A DNA stretch of 64,000 nt from Octopus sinensis (taxonomy: Eukaryota). A program made the position numbers and the translations under genes. Under the pieces are notes generated by a model, which saw only the letters and a list, made by a program, of their open reading frames with translations, was not told the origin of the DNA and did no database searches. Shown here piece by piece: positions 26,703 to 38,279 of this stretch (the stretch's first letter is position 1; every line of letters starts with the position of its first letter). Location: contig NC_042998.1 in the NCBI RefSeq assembly GCF_006345805.1, positions 24,924,001-24,988,000 on the forward strand, written 5' to 3'.

Positions 26703-26790
26703 TCTACTGCCACCACCACCACTACCACTACTACTATACTACTATTACCACCACCACCACCTCCCCTACTACTACTACTACTGTATTTGC
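26570..26790. repeat. Compound (TAC)n/(TGC)n/(CAC)n trinucleotide array
   Basis: Direct reading; explains the poly-Y and poly-V ORFs. Confidence 0.95.
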
Positions 26791-28199
26791 TGTTGCTGTT
26801 GCTGTTGTTTGCTCATACTCGATAATGCTTTAATGCAGCAATTAAAATATTAGTGTAACAAGTACAAATGAATTGGTAAATGAGTTTTTTTCACACTCAG
26901 ATTCACTGAAGCATGGAATAAATTACCTCCATCATTTGTTAGATCTCAAGACACTACATCCTTCAAAACTTCCATGCTTCCTGAAATTCACCAACAGTAC
27001 ACCTGATATGCCCCACCCCCGTTCCTTCGTCTTCCTGTGCATTATTCCATGTAGTCTTCATGCAGTTTTGGTTACTTCTTTCCGATGAGATGCAGTGCAC
27101 CTGAGCGCTGTGTACAATAAGTTCGTTGTTATTTAAAGTGTTAAAGAACGAACCATGTTGTAACTTAATAATCGTCTTTTACACATTGTGAGTTCAGATC
27201 CTATCTGTATCAGCTTTTCAATATTGTCAGCTTAACAACATAAGGTACCAGTCAAATACTATAGAGTCAAGGAAGAATTTCAACTGTGCTTCATGGTCTG
27301 CTACCACAACAGTGCCTTTATAGGATCCAGTTAGCTCAAGACATCATCAGGAGAAATCACGTCCGGTTTTGGCCCCTACTCCTCTACCGTTTTGACGTGG
27401 CTGGGCCCCTCCCCTTTTCAGAGGTGTCTTCAGCTCTGGTGTTGGGTGCGTGTCTTCTTTCTTCTTTCTTCTGTTCCCTGGCTTCTTCCATGAAGCGACA
27501 ACGAGTGTCAGCAGGTGACTGACTGTTCTGTCAAATTTCCCTTTAAATACCTGCTGCTAGGCTCCAGCAGGCGGCCCCAGCAAGTTGTCATGTGACACTG
27601 TCTCAACTTTAACTGATCAATGAAGGCGCGTAGTCTTCGCCCATGCATTCTGAAAATGAGACCGTCACCTGTCAATAATTGTAGCAGAAGCATGTTCACT
27701 CTTTACTTTTAGCTATCCACATTGTACCTCTTTATTTTTAGATGCCCATTTTGACCCATCACATTATGGTCAAGTCCATTTAGCTTTGTGTGAACTGCCC
27801 ACACTTCAACATGAGACTAGTCAAGCATTGCAACATCAGCTATTTAGGGGACCCTTTTTTTCCAGCTATTTCCTTAGGGAGGTGAGTTTAGTTTTAGAAA
27901 AGTTTTGATCTTGAAAGAAGTTTAAACCATTTTGCAGCTTCAGAGAGGAGAGGTTTGTAACCAAAATCTTAGACACTATGTTTTGTGTTTTATGTAACAT
28001 TTATCTTCAACTTCAAAAAATATTTTGAAACCAGGTAATGTCTTTAAGAGAGTTCTATGTATTATGCCAGTTGATGTCTATCATTTTAGTGTCAGAAATA
28101 AATGTTGCAGTGCAATCAATGCTAACTTCTCTTCATATTCTCTTAACGATATTCATCCTAGCTCATGTTAATCAGAAGACATAATTTATCTGGGCTTAA

Positions 28200-28335
28200 C
28201 CCTTTGAGCCCTGACCTCCTGAACCTTATTTTACCATATACCTGGCACTTCACCGGTGTTATAGTATAGAGCAATGCTACGGCATAGAGAAAAATAAACC
28301 ATCCACTGGTAAAATGGTGTTACGGGCTCGAAGGG
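28200..28335. mobile_element. 136-bp piggyBac-type MITE
   Basis: TTAA on both flanks (28196-28199, 28336-28339); 12-bp TIR ccctttgagccc/gggctcgaaggg with 1 mismatch. Confidence 0.85.
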
Positions 28336-28640
28336 TTAAGCCACATTGCATACATTTAACCATTTTGCTAAATAATCAACAAATTTCTCCATCTCTGCAA
28401 AATTTCTGACTTCATGGAAATGTTAGAATTCCTTCACAGAATCATTGGTATACCAAACAAAATTCTTCATGGCATTTCTTCAAATTATGCATTCTGAGTT
28501 CAAGTTTGCCATTCATCCTTTTTTTGGGGGGTGGGGGGTCAATAAAATAAGAACTAGTTGTGTACTGAGGTCATTGTAGTTGACTAGCCCCTTCGACCAA
28601 AATTTCAGGTTTTGTGTCTATAGCAGAAAGAATAATTATA

Positions 28641-29535
28641 CAGGGTTGGCCAAAAGTCAACTAACAGTAAACCAAAACCATTTAACCCTTTTGATACCAA
28701 CCCACCTGAAACCAACTCTGGTTCTCTAGTACAAAATATCTTGTTTCCACAAGTTTTGAATTAAAATCTTCCACCAAACCTTAGTCACAATTTATGTTCC
28801 TAACACTATCTTAATGATAACTAAGTTATTTTACTAAATTCTTTGATATATTTAAAATTAATTGAAAGAAACACAGAGCATCTCAACAGAAATATGGTAA
28901 CAAAAGGGTTAATAAATGATTAATTTAACCCTTTTGATACCAACCCAGCTGAAACCACCTCTGGCTCTGCAGTACAAATGTCTTGTTTTCAAAAGTTTTG
29001 AATTAAAATCTTCCACCGAACCTTAGTCACAATTTATGTTCCTAATACTAGCTTAATGATAACTAAGCTATTTTACTAAATTTTTTGTTATATTTAAAAT
29101 AATTGAAAGAAACACATCTCAATAGAAATATGGTTACAAAAGGGTTAACAAATGATTAATTTAACCCTTTTGATACCAGCCTGGCTGAAACCACTTCTGA
29201 CTCTGTAGGACAAATGTCTTGTTTACATAAAGTTTGAATTAAAATCTTCCACAAATTATGTTCCTAACACCAGTTTAATGATAACTAAAATATTTTCTAA
29301 ATTTTTTGTTATATTTAAAATAATTGAAAGAAATACAGAGCATCTCAAAATAAATACAGTAATGGAAGGGTTAATTTCAAGATTTATTTGTTTCATAACT
29401 GAATGAATTTAATAAAAGCATCTAAATATGAAACATCAGGAAAATTGATCAAACTGAAGTCCTTCTTGAGCGACTTCATAACTGGAATGAATATCAAGTA
29501 TTTATGGAATTTTGATATACTTTTGGCCAACCCTG
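28641..29535. mobile_element. Tc1/mariner-type MITE containing the family D trimer
   Basis: TA|CAGGGTTGGCCAAAAGT ... ACTTTTGGCCAACCCTG|TA: perfect 17-bp TIR with TA flanks. Confidence 0.9.
28682..29374 (+). mobile_element. Tandem trimer of piggyBac-type MITE family D
   Basis: Units 28682-28912, 28925-29148 and 29161-29374, each TTAACCCTTT...AAGGGTTAA, separated by 12-nt spacers (c/t)aaatgattaat. Confidence 0.92.
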
Positions 29536-29566
29536 TAAGTAATATTAAGGTGGTGAAGGTGGTGAG

Positions 29567-29594
<28 letters not shown>

Positions 29595-29605
<11 letters not shown>

Positions 29606-29947
29606 CATGATGGTCTTTTTTCAGTTTCCATCTACCAAATCCACTCACAAGGATTTGGTCAGCTCGAGATTATAGTAGAAGACACTGGCTCAAGATGCCA
29701 CACAGTGGGACTGAACCCAGAACCATGTTGTTGGGAAACAAGCTACATATCACACAGCCACTCCTGTACCTCCACATAGTCAATGATGATGATGATGATA
29801 TATATATATATATATATATGACGGGCTTCTCTCAGTTTCCATCTAACAAATCCACTCACAAGACTTTGATTGGCCCGTGGCTACAGTAGAAGATACTTGC
29901 CCAAGATTTCCCACAATGGGACTAAACCCCAAACCATGTGGTTGGTA
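29595..29947 (-). mobile_element. Two family B 5'-half fragments
   Basis: tcagtttccatctaccaaatccactcacaag... occurs at ~29610 and ~29830. Confidence 0.8.
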
Positions 29948-30460
29948 TTTCGACTGAATCACTATTGATGCAGTTGCTCAAAGACTGTTTGCAGGACCAG
30001 TATATGATACTCCTACACATAATCTTTTGTTTAGGGAATTAATTACTGTCAAATTATTTCAACTGATTTGTAGCTATTCTTATATTTTGTTGCTGTTGTT
30101 GTTGTTGTTGTTTTTATTGTTCTTCTTAATGTTGCTTGTTTGTTTTGGCAAACTCTGTAGCCTAACCTAAGTTTACTCATCCGTGGCATTTATGCATCTA
30201 GTCAATTGTAAATTTGTGAAGTAGAATAGGAATAACTTTAAATCAAATGCAATCAAAGCAAAATATATAATGAAAACAAGATAAGACGAGCAAAACTAAA
30301 AAAAGGCAAAAAACAAAAAAAAAAGAAAGAAAAGAAAATGTTGGCTGAACATGCAGGATTTTGTTTAAAGTGAAATATTTCATAATTTCAAAACATTATT
30401 AATCATCAGCATTAGTTTTTATGTGATCTACCTTCATCGCTTTTGAAAGTTGGGGTAGAA

Positions 30461-30877
30461 CAGATGGGAAACAAGTTTTTGCCACATACAAAACAGATGG
30501 GCAACACAAGTTTTTGCCAAATGCACACCAGATGGGCAACACAAGTTTTTGCCACATACACAACAGATGGGCAACACAAATTTTTGCCACATACACAACA
30601 GATGGGCAACACATGTTTTTGCCACATACACAACAGATGGGCAATAGGAATTTTTGCCACATATACAACAGATTAGTAACACAAGTTTTTGCCACATACA
30701 CAACAGATGAGCAACACAAGTTTTTGCCACATACATAACAGATGGGCAACACAAGTTTTTGCCACATACACAACAGATGGGCAATAAAGTTTTTGCCACA
30801 TACACAACAGATGGGCAACACAAGTTTTGCCATATGCACAACAGATGGGCAATGCAAGGTTTTTGCCACATACACAA
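30461..30877. repeat. 35-bp minisatellite x12 (cagatgggcaacacaagtttttgccacatacacaa)
   Basis: Units start at 30461, 30494, 30529, 30564, 30599, 30634, 30669, 30704, 30739, 30774, 30808 and 30842. Confidence 0.97.
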
Positions 30878-30952
30878 CATACAGAAGCTAAGATGTAGAA
30901 ACATGCTATACATGGTTAAATTTTTTCCATACCTGAATCTCTCTCTCTCTCT

Positions 30953-31005
<53 letters not shown>

Positions 31006-31069
31006 ACCTTCTTTCTCCCACTTTTTCTCCTCCACTCTTTCTATATTTCTACATTTTTTATCTTTAATC

Positions 31070-31420
31070 TCTAACTTGTTTCAGTCATTTGACTGTGTCC
31101 ATGCAGGGGCAACTCTTTGAAGAATTTTAGCTGACTAAATTGACCCAGTACTTTTTTCTTTTGAGTGGGTATATATTTATAAAAAAAGAAGTTTGAAAAC
31201 GCCACTATATAAGATTAATTTTAATTTTCTGAGAGATTTTACATAAAAGAAGCCGTCATATGATGGGCTTCTTTTAGTTTCCGTCTACCAAATCCACTCA
31301 CAAGGCTTTGGTCAGCCCAAGGCTATAGTAGAAGACACTTGCCCGAGGTGCCACGCAGTGGGACTGAACCCAGAACTATGTTGGTAAGCAGGCTACTTAC
31401 CACACAGCCACTCCTGCACC
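31070..31420 (-). mobile_element. Family B fragments (3' end and 5' half)
   Basis: acttgtttcagtcatttgactg at ~31074; 5' half at ~31260-31420. Confidence 0.75.
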
Positions 31421-31490
31421 TATATCATCATCATCACCACCATCATCATCATCATCGTTGTCATCGTCATCATCATTGTTGTTATCGTCG

Positions 31491-31527
<37 letters not shown>

Positions 31528-31529
31528 CA

Positions 31530-31830
31530 TCATCATCTTCATCACCATCATCATCATCATCCTTTAACGTCTGCTTTCTATGCTGGCATGGGTTAGACAG
31601 CTGGAGGGCTGCATCAAGTTTCAATCTGATTTGCCATGGTTTTCTACCAGCTGGATGCCCTTCCTAATGCCAACCACTTTGAGAGTATAATGGGTGCCTT
31701 TTTACATGCCACCGGCACAGGTGCCATTTACATGACACTGATAACAGCCATGACTATGATTTCCTGGGTGCCACGGCCATGACTACAATTTCTCTTGGCT
31801 CAATGAGTCTTCTCAAGCACAGCATAACAT
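31530..31830 (-). mobile_element. Family A / RTE 3' end
   Basis: (CAT)n tail; the distal end reads antisense tatgctgtgcttgagaagac (YAVLEK). Confidence 0.8.
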
Positions 31831-32209
31831 ATATATATCTATGTAGATATATCTGTGTGTGTGTGTAAATAACTTGTCACCTGGATAGGGCATTAGCGAC
31901 TAAACTGGCAACCCTCCTATGCTTGCTTGATAAAGATGGTGGCTTTTAGTGAACCCTTTCCAGGATGTAAAACAAAAACTTTTAAAGAACAGACAAATTC
32001 AATAGAATCCTCAACCAGCCAACAGTTAGGAATAAGAAATTCTTGACCACTGGGAGTGAAGGTCTCCTAGTTCCTATTAGAATGTCCCTCTTAGAGAAGG
32101 TATATTCATGTAAAAGGAACCTGAAGGACTGTTGGTTTCTGGTTGTCTCAACCGATGTTGTGCCACTAGGGTCGTGCCAAAAGTGGGTTCAGTACTGTGT
32201 AACTATATC

Positions 32210-32520
32210 CATCATCATCATTGTCATCATTGTTTAATGTCCATTGGGTTGGATGGTTTGAGTGGGGACTGGCAAACCAGGAGGTCACACCAGGCTCCAA
32301 TCTGATCTGGCAAGTTTTCTACAGCTGGATGCCCTTTCCTGGCACCAACCATTCTGAGAGTGTAATTGGTGCTTTTTATGTGCCACCGGCTTGGGAGCCA
32401 GTCAGGCAGCACTGGCATTGGCCACATTTGGATGGTGCTTTTCACGTGCTACTGGCACAGGAACCAGTTGGGGCGGGGGTGGGGGGCCAAGCATCGACCA
32501 CATTTGGATGGTACTTTTTA
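32210..32520 (-). mobile_element. Family A copy, diverged
   Basis: tttctacagctggatgccc...gctttttatgtgccaccggc. Confidence 0.8.
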
Positions 32521-33436
32521 TATGCCCCCTAAACAAATTTCAATCATTAGATTGTAACCATACTGGGGCACCGCCTTAAAGAACTTTTGTCAAACAAATT
32601 GACCCCCCAGTAATTAATTCATTTTTTTGTTTTAAGACTGGCATTTATTCTATCAGTCTCTTTAGCTGAACTACTAAGTTGGAGGAACATAAACACACCA
32701 GGACATGTTGGTTGGCCCTAGGCTGTAGTAGTATGACACTTGCCTGAAGTGCATTTAGACTGAACCTTGGGAAGCAAACATATTTCTACACAAGGGCAAG
32801 GGAAATAATTCTGAAAACAAAATTGATTAAAAATTGAAGGATAGCATGTAATAGGGATTGAATCTGAAGTAGTGTTGTAGTTACAACTAAAGTTACTATG
32901 GTGGTTAATGGTAGGTGATGAAAGATGATACTTAAGAAAGCGATAAATCTATTTGTATGAAAGAGTCTGGTGAAAACCCATATAAAAATTGAATATATAA
33001 GACATCTGTAAAAAGTTTGATATTTTATGGAAATAAACTATTAGCTGTAATTTACTGCCAGTGAATAAAATAGCAAGGAGATGCTCTGAGTAGAGATGAA
33101 TTAATTAAAGCTGTCATGTGCAAAGTAAACTTATGAGAAAACACCAGCACATGTAGGCGGAGAAAGTGTCTGGGTATTAAATGCATCATTTAATGTATGC
33201 CACAGAGACAAGAGTTGTGGTATGGACATTTAATGGAGTTGATTTATTTAGTCTAGGTTTTAAAAGGTCCGTGAATTAGAAGCGTTCCTTTTTACTAAGT
33301 AGAAGATAATGATGGTGAACTTTGGGGGAAACATTGATGTCTGACCTGTCTGAATCCACCAAGTCATCCTTGCGTGATGATTTTAAACATGCATGTATGT
33401 GGGTGGGTGTGGGGGTGGGGGTGAGTGTGTGAGTGT

Positions 33437-33467
<31 letters not shown>

Positions 33468-33588
33468 CGTGTGTGTGTTATTTTATATCAGATGAGTGAG
33501 AATACATATCATACAGGATATGTCTTTTTTTTAAATTGAACCTCGTGTTATGAGGCAAGATCTCAGCTTCAGCTTTAATAAACTACTG

Positions 33589-33648
<60 letters not shown>

Positions 33649-33959
33649 ATACACATATATGTATGTATATATACATATATATTATACATGTACATATATA
33701 TATATATATATTATATATATAAATATGTATATATATATATATATATATACAAATACACGTATGTATATATATATATTATATATATATATATATATACACA
33801 TATATATATATGTACACACATGCACACACACACTAACCACGCATGTCCTCTTCAACAACATACCTGTTTCTGTCTCTCTGTCATATTCTAACCAGTCATC
33901 ACCTGGCACAAGACCACCTCCTCCAGTGCCCCTCCCCTCTCAAAGGATCTTTGTATTGC

Positions 33960-34172
33960 ATGTTACTTGGTGACCTTGCCAGTGCTGCTGCCACGTTCAA
34001 AGCATCCAGTCCACTCTGGGGGTAGGTTGAGGGTAGGAAGGGCATCCAGCCACAAAAACCATGCTGAAACATGCTGGAGTTTGATGCAGTCTTCTGCCCA
34101 GCCAGCACCTGTCTAACCATCCAACCCATGCCAGCATGGAAAGCAGACGTTAAATTATGATAATTATGATGA
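33960..34172 (+). mobile_element. Family A copy, diverged
   Basis: ggaagggcatccagcc...ccatccaacccatgccagcatggaaagcagacgttaaa. Confidence 0.75.
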
Positions 34173-34190
34173 TATCTATATGCATATGTA

Positions 34191-34362
34191 CGAGGAACAT
34201 ATAAAGTTCCTGCCTTTAAGGATATTGTGAAAGGCCTTGTTGGAAACCCAACTTTCCAAGTTCTTTTACCAGGCTTTAGAATAACTGAAGGATTGCTGAA
34301 GTTTGTATGTGAATCTAAGAGAGGAATATGCTGAATAAAATCATAATTAACTGAGCCTCTTG
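34191..34362 (+). mobile_element. Short mariner-derived non-autonomous element
   Basis: TA|CGAGG...CCTCTTG|TA ends; internal NLREEYAE* resembles a mariner C-terminus. Confidence 0.5.
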
Positions 34363-34388
34363 TATCCTCCTCTGTGTGTGTGTGCACA

Positions 34389-34442
<54 letters not shown>

Positions 34443-34514
34443 GAAAGGCAGATACATATACACACATACCTATGCTGATATGAAATTTAAGGTTGAAAGA
34501 AATCACAGAAAACT

Positions 34515-35495
34515 ATTCCAAATTAGTCTGTATTTTAGCATTCATCAAATACAGTTCCATACTTTGAAGTGGTTTTGTGGTATGCATTAGGGATGCATAG
34601 TAGCCAATACCCACTTTCATTTAAAAACACTGAACTATGTACCAGCATGCACATACCTAGCTCTGTACTTGCAGAGAATTCAGAAATAAAAGGAAAAAAA
34701 AATTTACTTGGAAAACAAGTAAGTGCTGATGACAGGACGAGCATCTGGTTGAAAAATCCTACCTCAGTACTGAGGCCAACCCGTGCTAGTATAGAAAAAC
34801 CTGCATCAAGCTTTAGAACACGCAAATGATATATTGTTTTAATACATATACTAGGTATCAGAAAAAAATACCAAATTTAATGCATAACTCATCTGCTTCT
34901 TACAATGAAACCAATGTGTTTCACAGGCACATTTGTGAGTTGTGTACTGTCCACATGTTTGCCCAAAAGTTTTGGAGATGAGCTGGAAAATGCAATTATA
35001 TATATTTAGGAGAGTTGAGTGCTTTCAGTGCGCCAAATAAATGCAGCTGTATTCTTTTACAGCAAAATGCAATGTATACACTGTATTCTGTTTTAAAACC
35101 ATTTTAATACTCATTTTCTTTTTATACAATAAAACTTTAAAAAGCTGATGGTATGCCATAATACTATTAGTAGCTTATTCAGTGAGATGTGTATCAAAAA
35201 CAGGTTGAAAATTGCTGCTATAAAACAACAGTTAAAGACTAACTCCCAACAGTGCTTCTGTGCTTTGGAGATATTAGTAGTTTACATTGTGAGAGGTGGG
35301 TGTATATGTGAATGTGTTTGTGTGTGCATGAATAATTCAGTTCGTCTATGCCACAGTTATGTGCATGTTGGTACATATTCCAGTTTTTAAATGAAAGTGT
35401 GTATTGGCCACTATGCATCTGTAGCACATACACAAAAAGACTTCAAAGTATCGAACTATTTTTGATGAATGCTAAAATATAGACTAATTTGGAAT
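34515..35495. mobile_element. ~980-bp element with ~140-bp imperfect terminal inverted repeats
   Basis: 34515-34655 is antisense to 35358-35495 at roughly 80% identity by eye; no TSD seen. Confidence 0.75.
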
Positions 35496-35566
35496 GACAT
35501 TCTTTGATTTCTTTCAGCCCTTAATCTAATATTTGTTTTTCCTATTATTTTATTTTAAATAACGAA

Positions 35567-35605
<39 letters not shown>

Positions 35606-35961
35606 AATGCACAGAAATATTTTATTTGATTATTTCCTTTTCAGAACTATCTTTTTAGATACAATATCCTTTTTGTTCTATTCACATTTTTGTTGCTGTT
35701 GTTGTTTCATTTTGTTTTGTTTTGTTTTTTGTTCTTTTTGTTTCTAGATATGCTGTTACAAATACAATATAAATAGCTAGAACTGAAATAAATGCTGTCT
35801 CAGAAACAGTAATGTGAATTCATGACATGAAATTAAATGCTTTTTTCTAATGCTGTAAATGTGTTCAATTGAAAATCCAATTGCATTTGTATTATTTGCA
35901 ATGCATTTAGAACAAAGTATTTAACTATAAGCAAAGTTAACCACTTTTGCTGAGAGGCTAA

Positions 35962-36192
35962 TTAACTCTTTTGTTACCATATTTCTGTAGAAATACACTG
36001 CCTTTGTTTCAATTAGCTTTGAAAATAATGAAGAATTTAGTAAAATAACTTGGTCGTTATTAATCTGGCGTTTCAAGCATAAATTAACATGGAATTTTGA
36101 TTGAAGGTTTTAATTTAAATCAGTTAAGAAACTAGGAGTTTGTGTCGTAAAGTTATGGTTGATCTCAGGTAGGTTGGTATGAAAAGGGTTAA
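35962..36192 (-). mobile_element. Solo piggyBac-type MITE family D, inverted
   Basis: ttaactcttttgttaccatatttctg ... ggttggtatgaaaagggttaa. Confidence 0.85.
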
Positions 36193-36202
36193 ATAATATA
36201 GG

Positions 36203-36543
36203 TGCCGGAGTGGCTGTGTGGTAAGTAGCTTGCCCCGTAACTTAGCAGTTCAGTAAAAGAGACTGATAGAATAAATAGTAGGCTTACAAAGAATAAGTCC
36301 TGGGGTCGATTTGCTCGAGTAAAGGTGATGCCCTAGCATGGCTGCAGTCAAATGACTGAAACAAGTAGAAAAATAAAAGAGTAGGTGCAGGAGTGGTTGT
36401 GTGGTAAGTAGCTTGCTTAGCAACCTCATGGTTCCTGGTTCAGTCCCACTGTGTGGCACCTTGGGCAAATGTCTGCTACTATAGCCTTGGGCCAACAAAA
36501 GCTTTGTGAGTGGATTTGGTAGACAGAAACTGAAAGAAGCCCG

Positions 36544-36545
<2 letters not shown>
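36203..36545 (+). mobile_element. Rearranged family B (head, 3' half, then 5' half)
   Basis: ggagtggctgtgtggtaagtagc at ~36208 and again at ~36390. Confidence 0.8.
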
Positions 36546-36580
<35 letters not shown>

Positions 36581-36742
36581 AAAAAGGAGATGTGGAACAC
36601 GAGTTGTGATATATAGAAAAGGAAATGAAGAAAATGCTGACAAAATAATTTAAGTAATTTAAGTAATTTAATTAGGTGAAAGTTCTTTTTACCGGTTGCG
36701 CATTTGTTATGCTTATCAAAATATATTTTTTAAAGAGAGATT

Positions 36743-36823
36743 AGAGTTCCTTTTTGATAGATTTTTTTCCTCTTATCTGATAAGAGGAAAAAATCTATCA
36801 AAAAATCTATCAAAAAGGAACTC

Positions 36824-36824
<1 letters not shown>
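36743..36824. repeat. Foldback palindrome with 1-nt centre and an 11-nt duplication in the right arm
   Basis: agagttcctttttgatagatttttttcctcttatc-t-gataagaggaaaaaatctatc(aaaaaatctatc)aaaaaggaactct. Confidence 0.9.
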
Positions 36825-36885
<61 letters not shown>

Positions 36886-36964
36886 ATATACGTATATATA
36901 TATGTGTGTGTGTGTGTGCGAGTGTGAGTGTGTGTGTGTTGTGTGTGTATATGTTTGTGTGTGT

Positions 36965-37103
36965 GTAGGAAGGGCATCCATCTGTAGAAGCCATACCAAA
37001 TCAGACTGGAGTCTGGTGCAGCCCCTCAGCTCACCAGCAATGGTCAACCCATCCAACCTATGCATTGATAATTGACGTTAAACAATGATGATGATGATGA
37101 TGA
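36965..37103 (+). mobile_element. Family A fragment
   Basis: ggaagggcatccatctgtagaag...gacgttaaacaatgatgatg. Confidence 0.8.
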
Positions 37104-37378
37104 TGCAAGTATGGCTATGTAGTTCAGATATTTGCTTCCTGACCTTACATGCTTTTGGGTTTAGTCTCATGGAGTGGTACCTTAGGCAAGTCTTATGGGT
37201 AGATTTTTGTTGATGGAAACTGAAAGAAGCACATAATTTTACTTCCCTTTTTTCCTAGTACGATGGTTTGGTCCTCTTCAACTTGTTGCATTCCATTACC
37301 ATCACCTTTATGTGGTTCAGCATCCTGAGATCAATTTTCACCACTTCTTTCCATTATCCCCTTTACTCTCTCTCTCTT

Positions 37379-38022
37379 TTACTCTTTTACTTGTTTCAGT
37401 CATTTGACTGCGGCCATGCTGGAGCACCGCCTTTAATCGAGCAACTCGACCCCGGTACTTATTCTTTGTAAGCTCAGTACTTATTCTATCGGTCTCTTTT
37501 TGCCGAACCGCTAAGTGACGGGGACGTAAACACATCAGCATCAGTTGTCAAGCAATGCTAGGGGAACAAACACAGACACACAAACACACACACACACAAA
37601 CATATACACACACACACATACATACATATATATATATATAGTTAATCCAAACAAGAAAACACAGAAAAAAAGAGAAAAAAAACACAGCAACGCAGGACGT
37701 GGAACAATTAAAGTATTATTGATGCTCAGGAAAGAAGGGAAGGAGGGTTTAACGTTTCGAGCGGAGCTCTTCGTCGGAAACAAGGAGAAGGAAAGATCCC
37801 AAGAAGGGAAGACAGAGGAAAAAATATTTGAGCTGGTGGTGCTCAAGAGATCACATGTATACGACAGGCTTCTTTCAGTTTTCGTCTACCAAATCCACTC
37901 ACAAGGCATTGGTCGGGCCGGAGCTATAGCAGAAGACATTTGCCCAAGATGCTATGCAGTGGGACTGAACCCGGAACCATGTGGTTGGTAGACAAGCTAC
38001 TTACCTCACAGCCACTCCTGCG
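37379..38022 (-). mobile_element. Family B SINE split by an insert in its central microsatellite
   Basis: 3' half 37379-37625, 5' half 37860-38022, insert ~37640-37850. Confidence 0.85.
37747..37781 (-). ncRNA. Minimal hammerhead-like motif, C4-variant core, in a ~200-bp Penelope-like repeat
   Basis: Minus strand gttt CCGACGA a gagc tcc gctc GAAAC GUU aaac. Confidence 0.55.
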
Positions 38023-38279
38023 CCTATAGTTTTCATCTTCCACAGTTTCCTTCTGCATGAACCTCCTGGCACTTCTTTACCCATCTCTCATCTCACATAC
38101 ACATTACATAACAGTTTCAATGTAGTTATCTCTCTTACACCCTACATCCAATTCTACTTACACCCAGTTCTTCTCTCAGCTCATCCTTACCTCATGCTCC
38201 ATGCACACCAACATTACACATCTACTGGAGTGTGTTTCATTCATTTTTTCCAGTCTTTACATATCCTTTACATAGTCAC

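Noticed and set aside
27380-27440. Minus-strand CUGAAGA plus a GAAA-loop hairpin as a hammerhead
   Set aside because: The GAAAC-GUH half is not positioned after stem II.
30399-31067. Cys-rich repetitive ORFs (CCPSVVYVAK) and a possible CRISPR-like array
   Set aside because: It is a 35-bp tandem repeat (not a multiple of 3) with no unique spacers, in a eukaryotic context.
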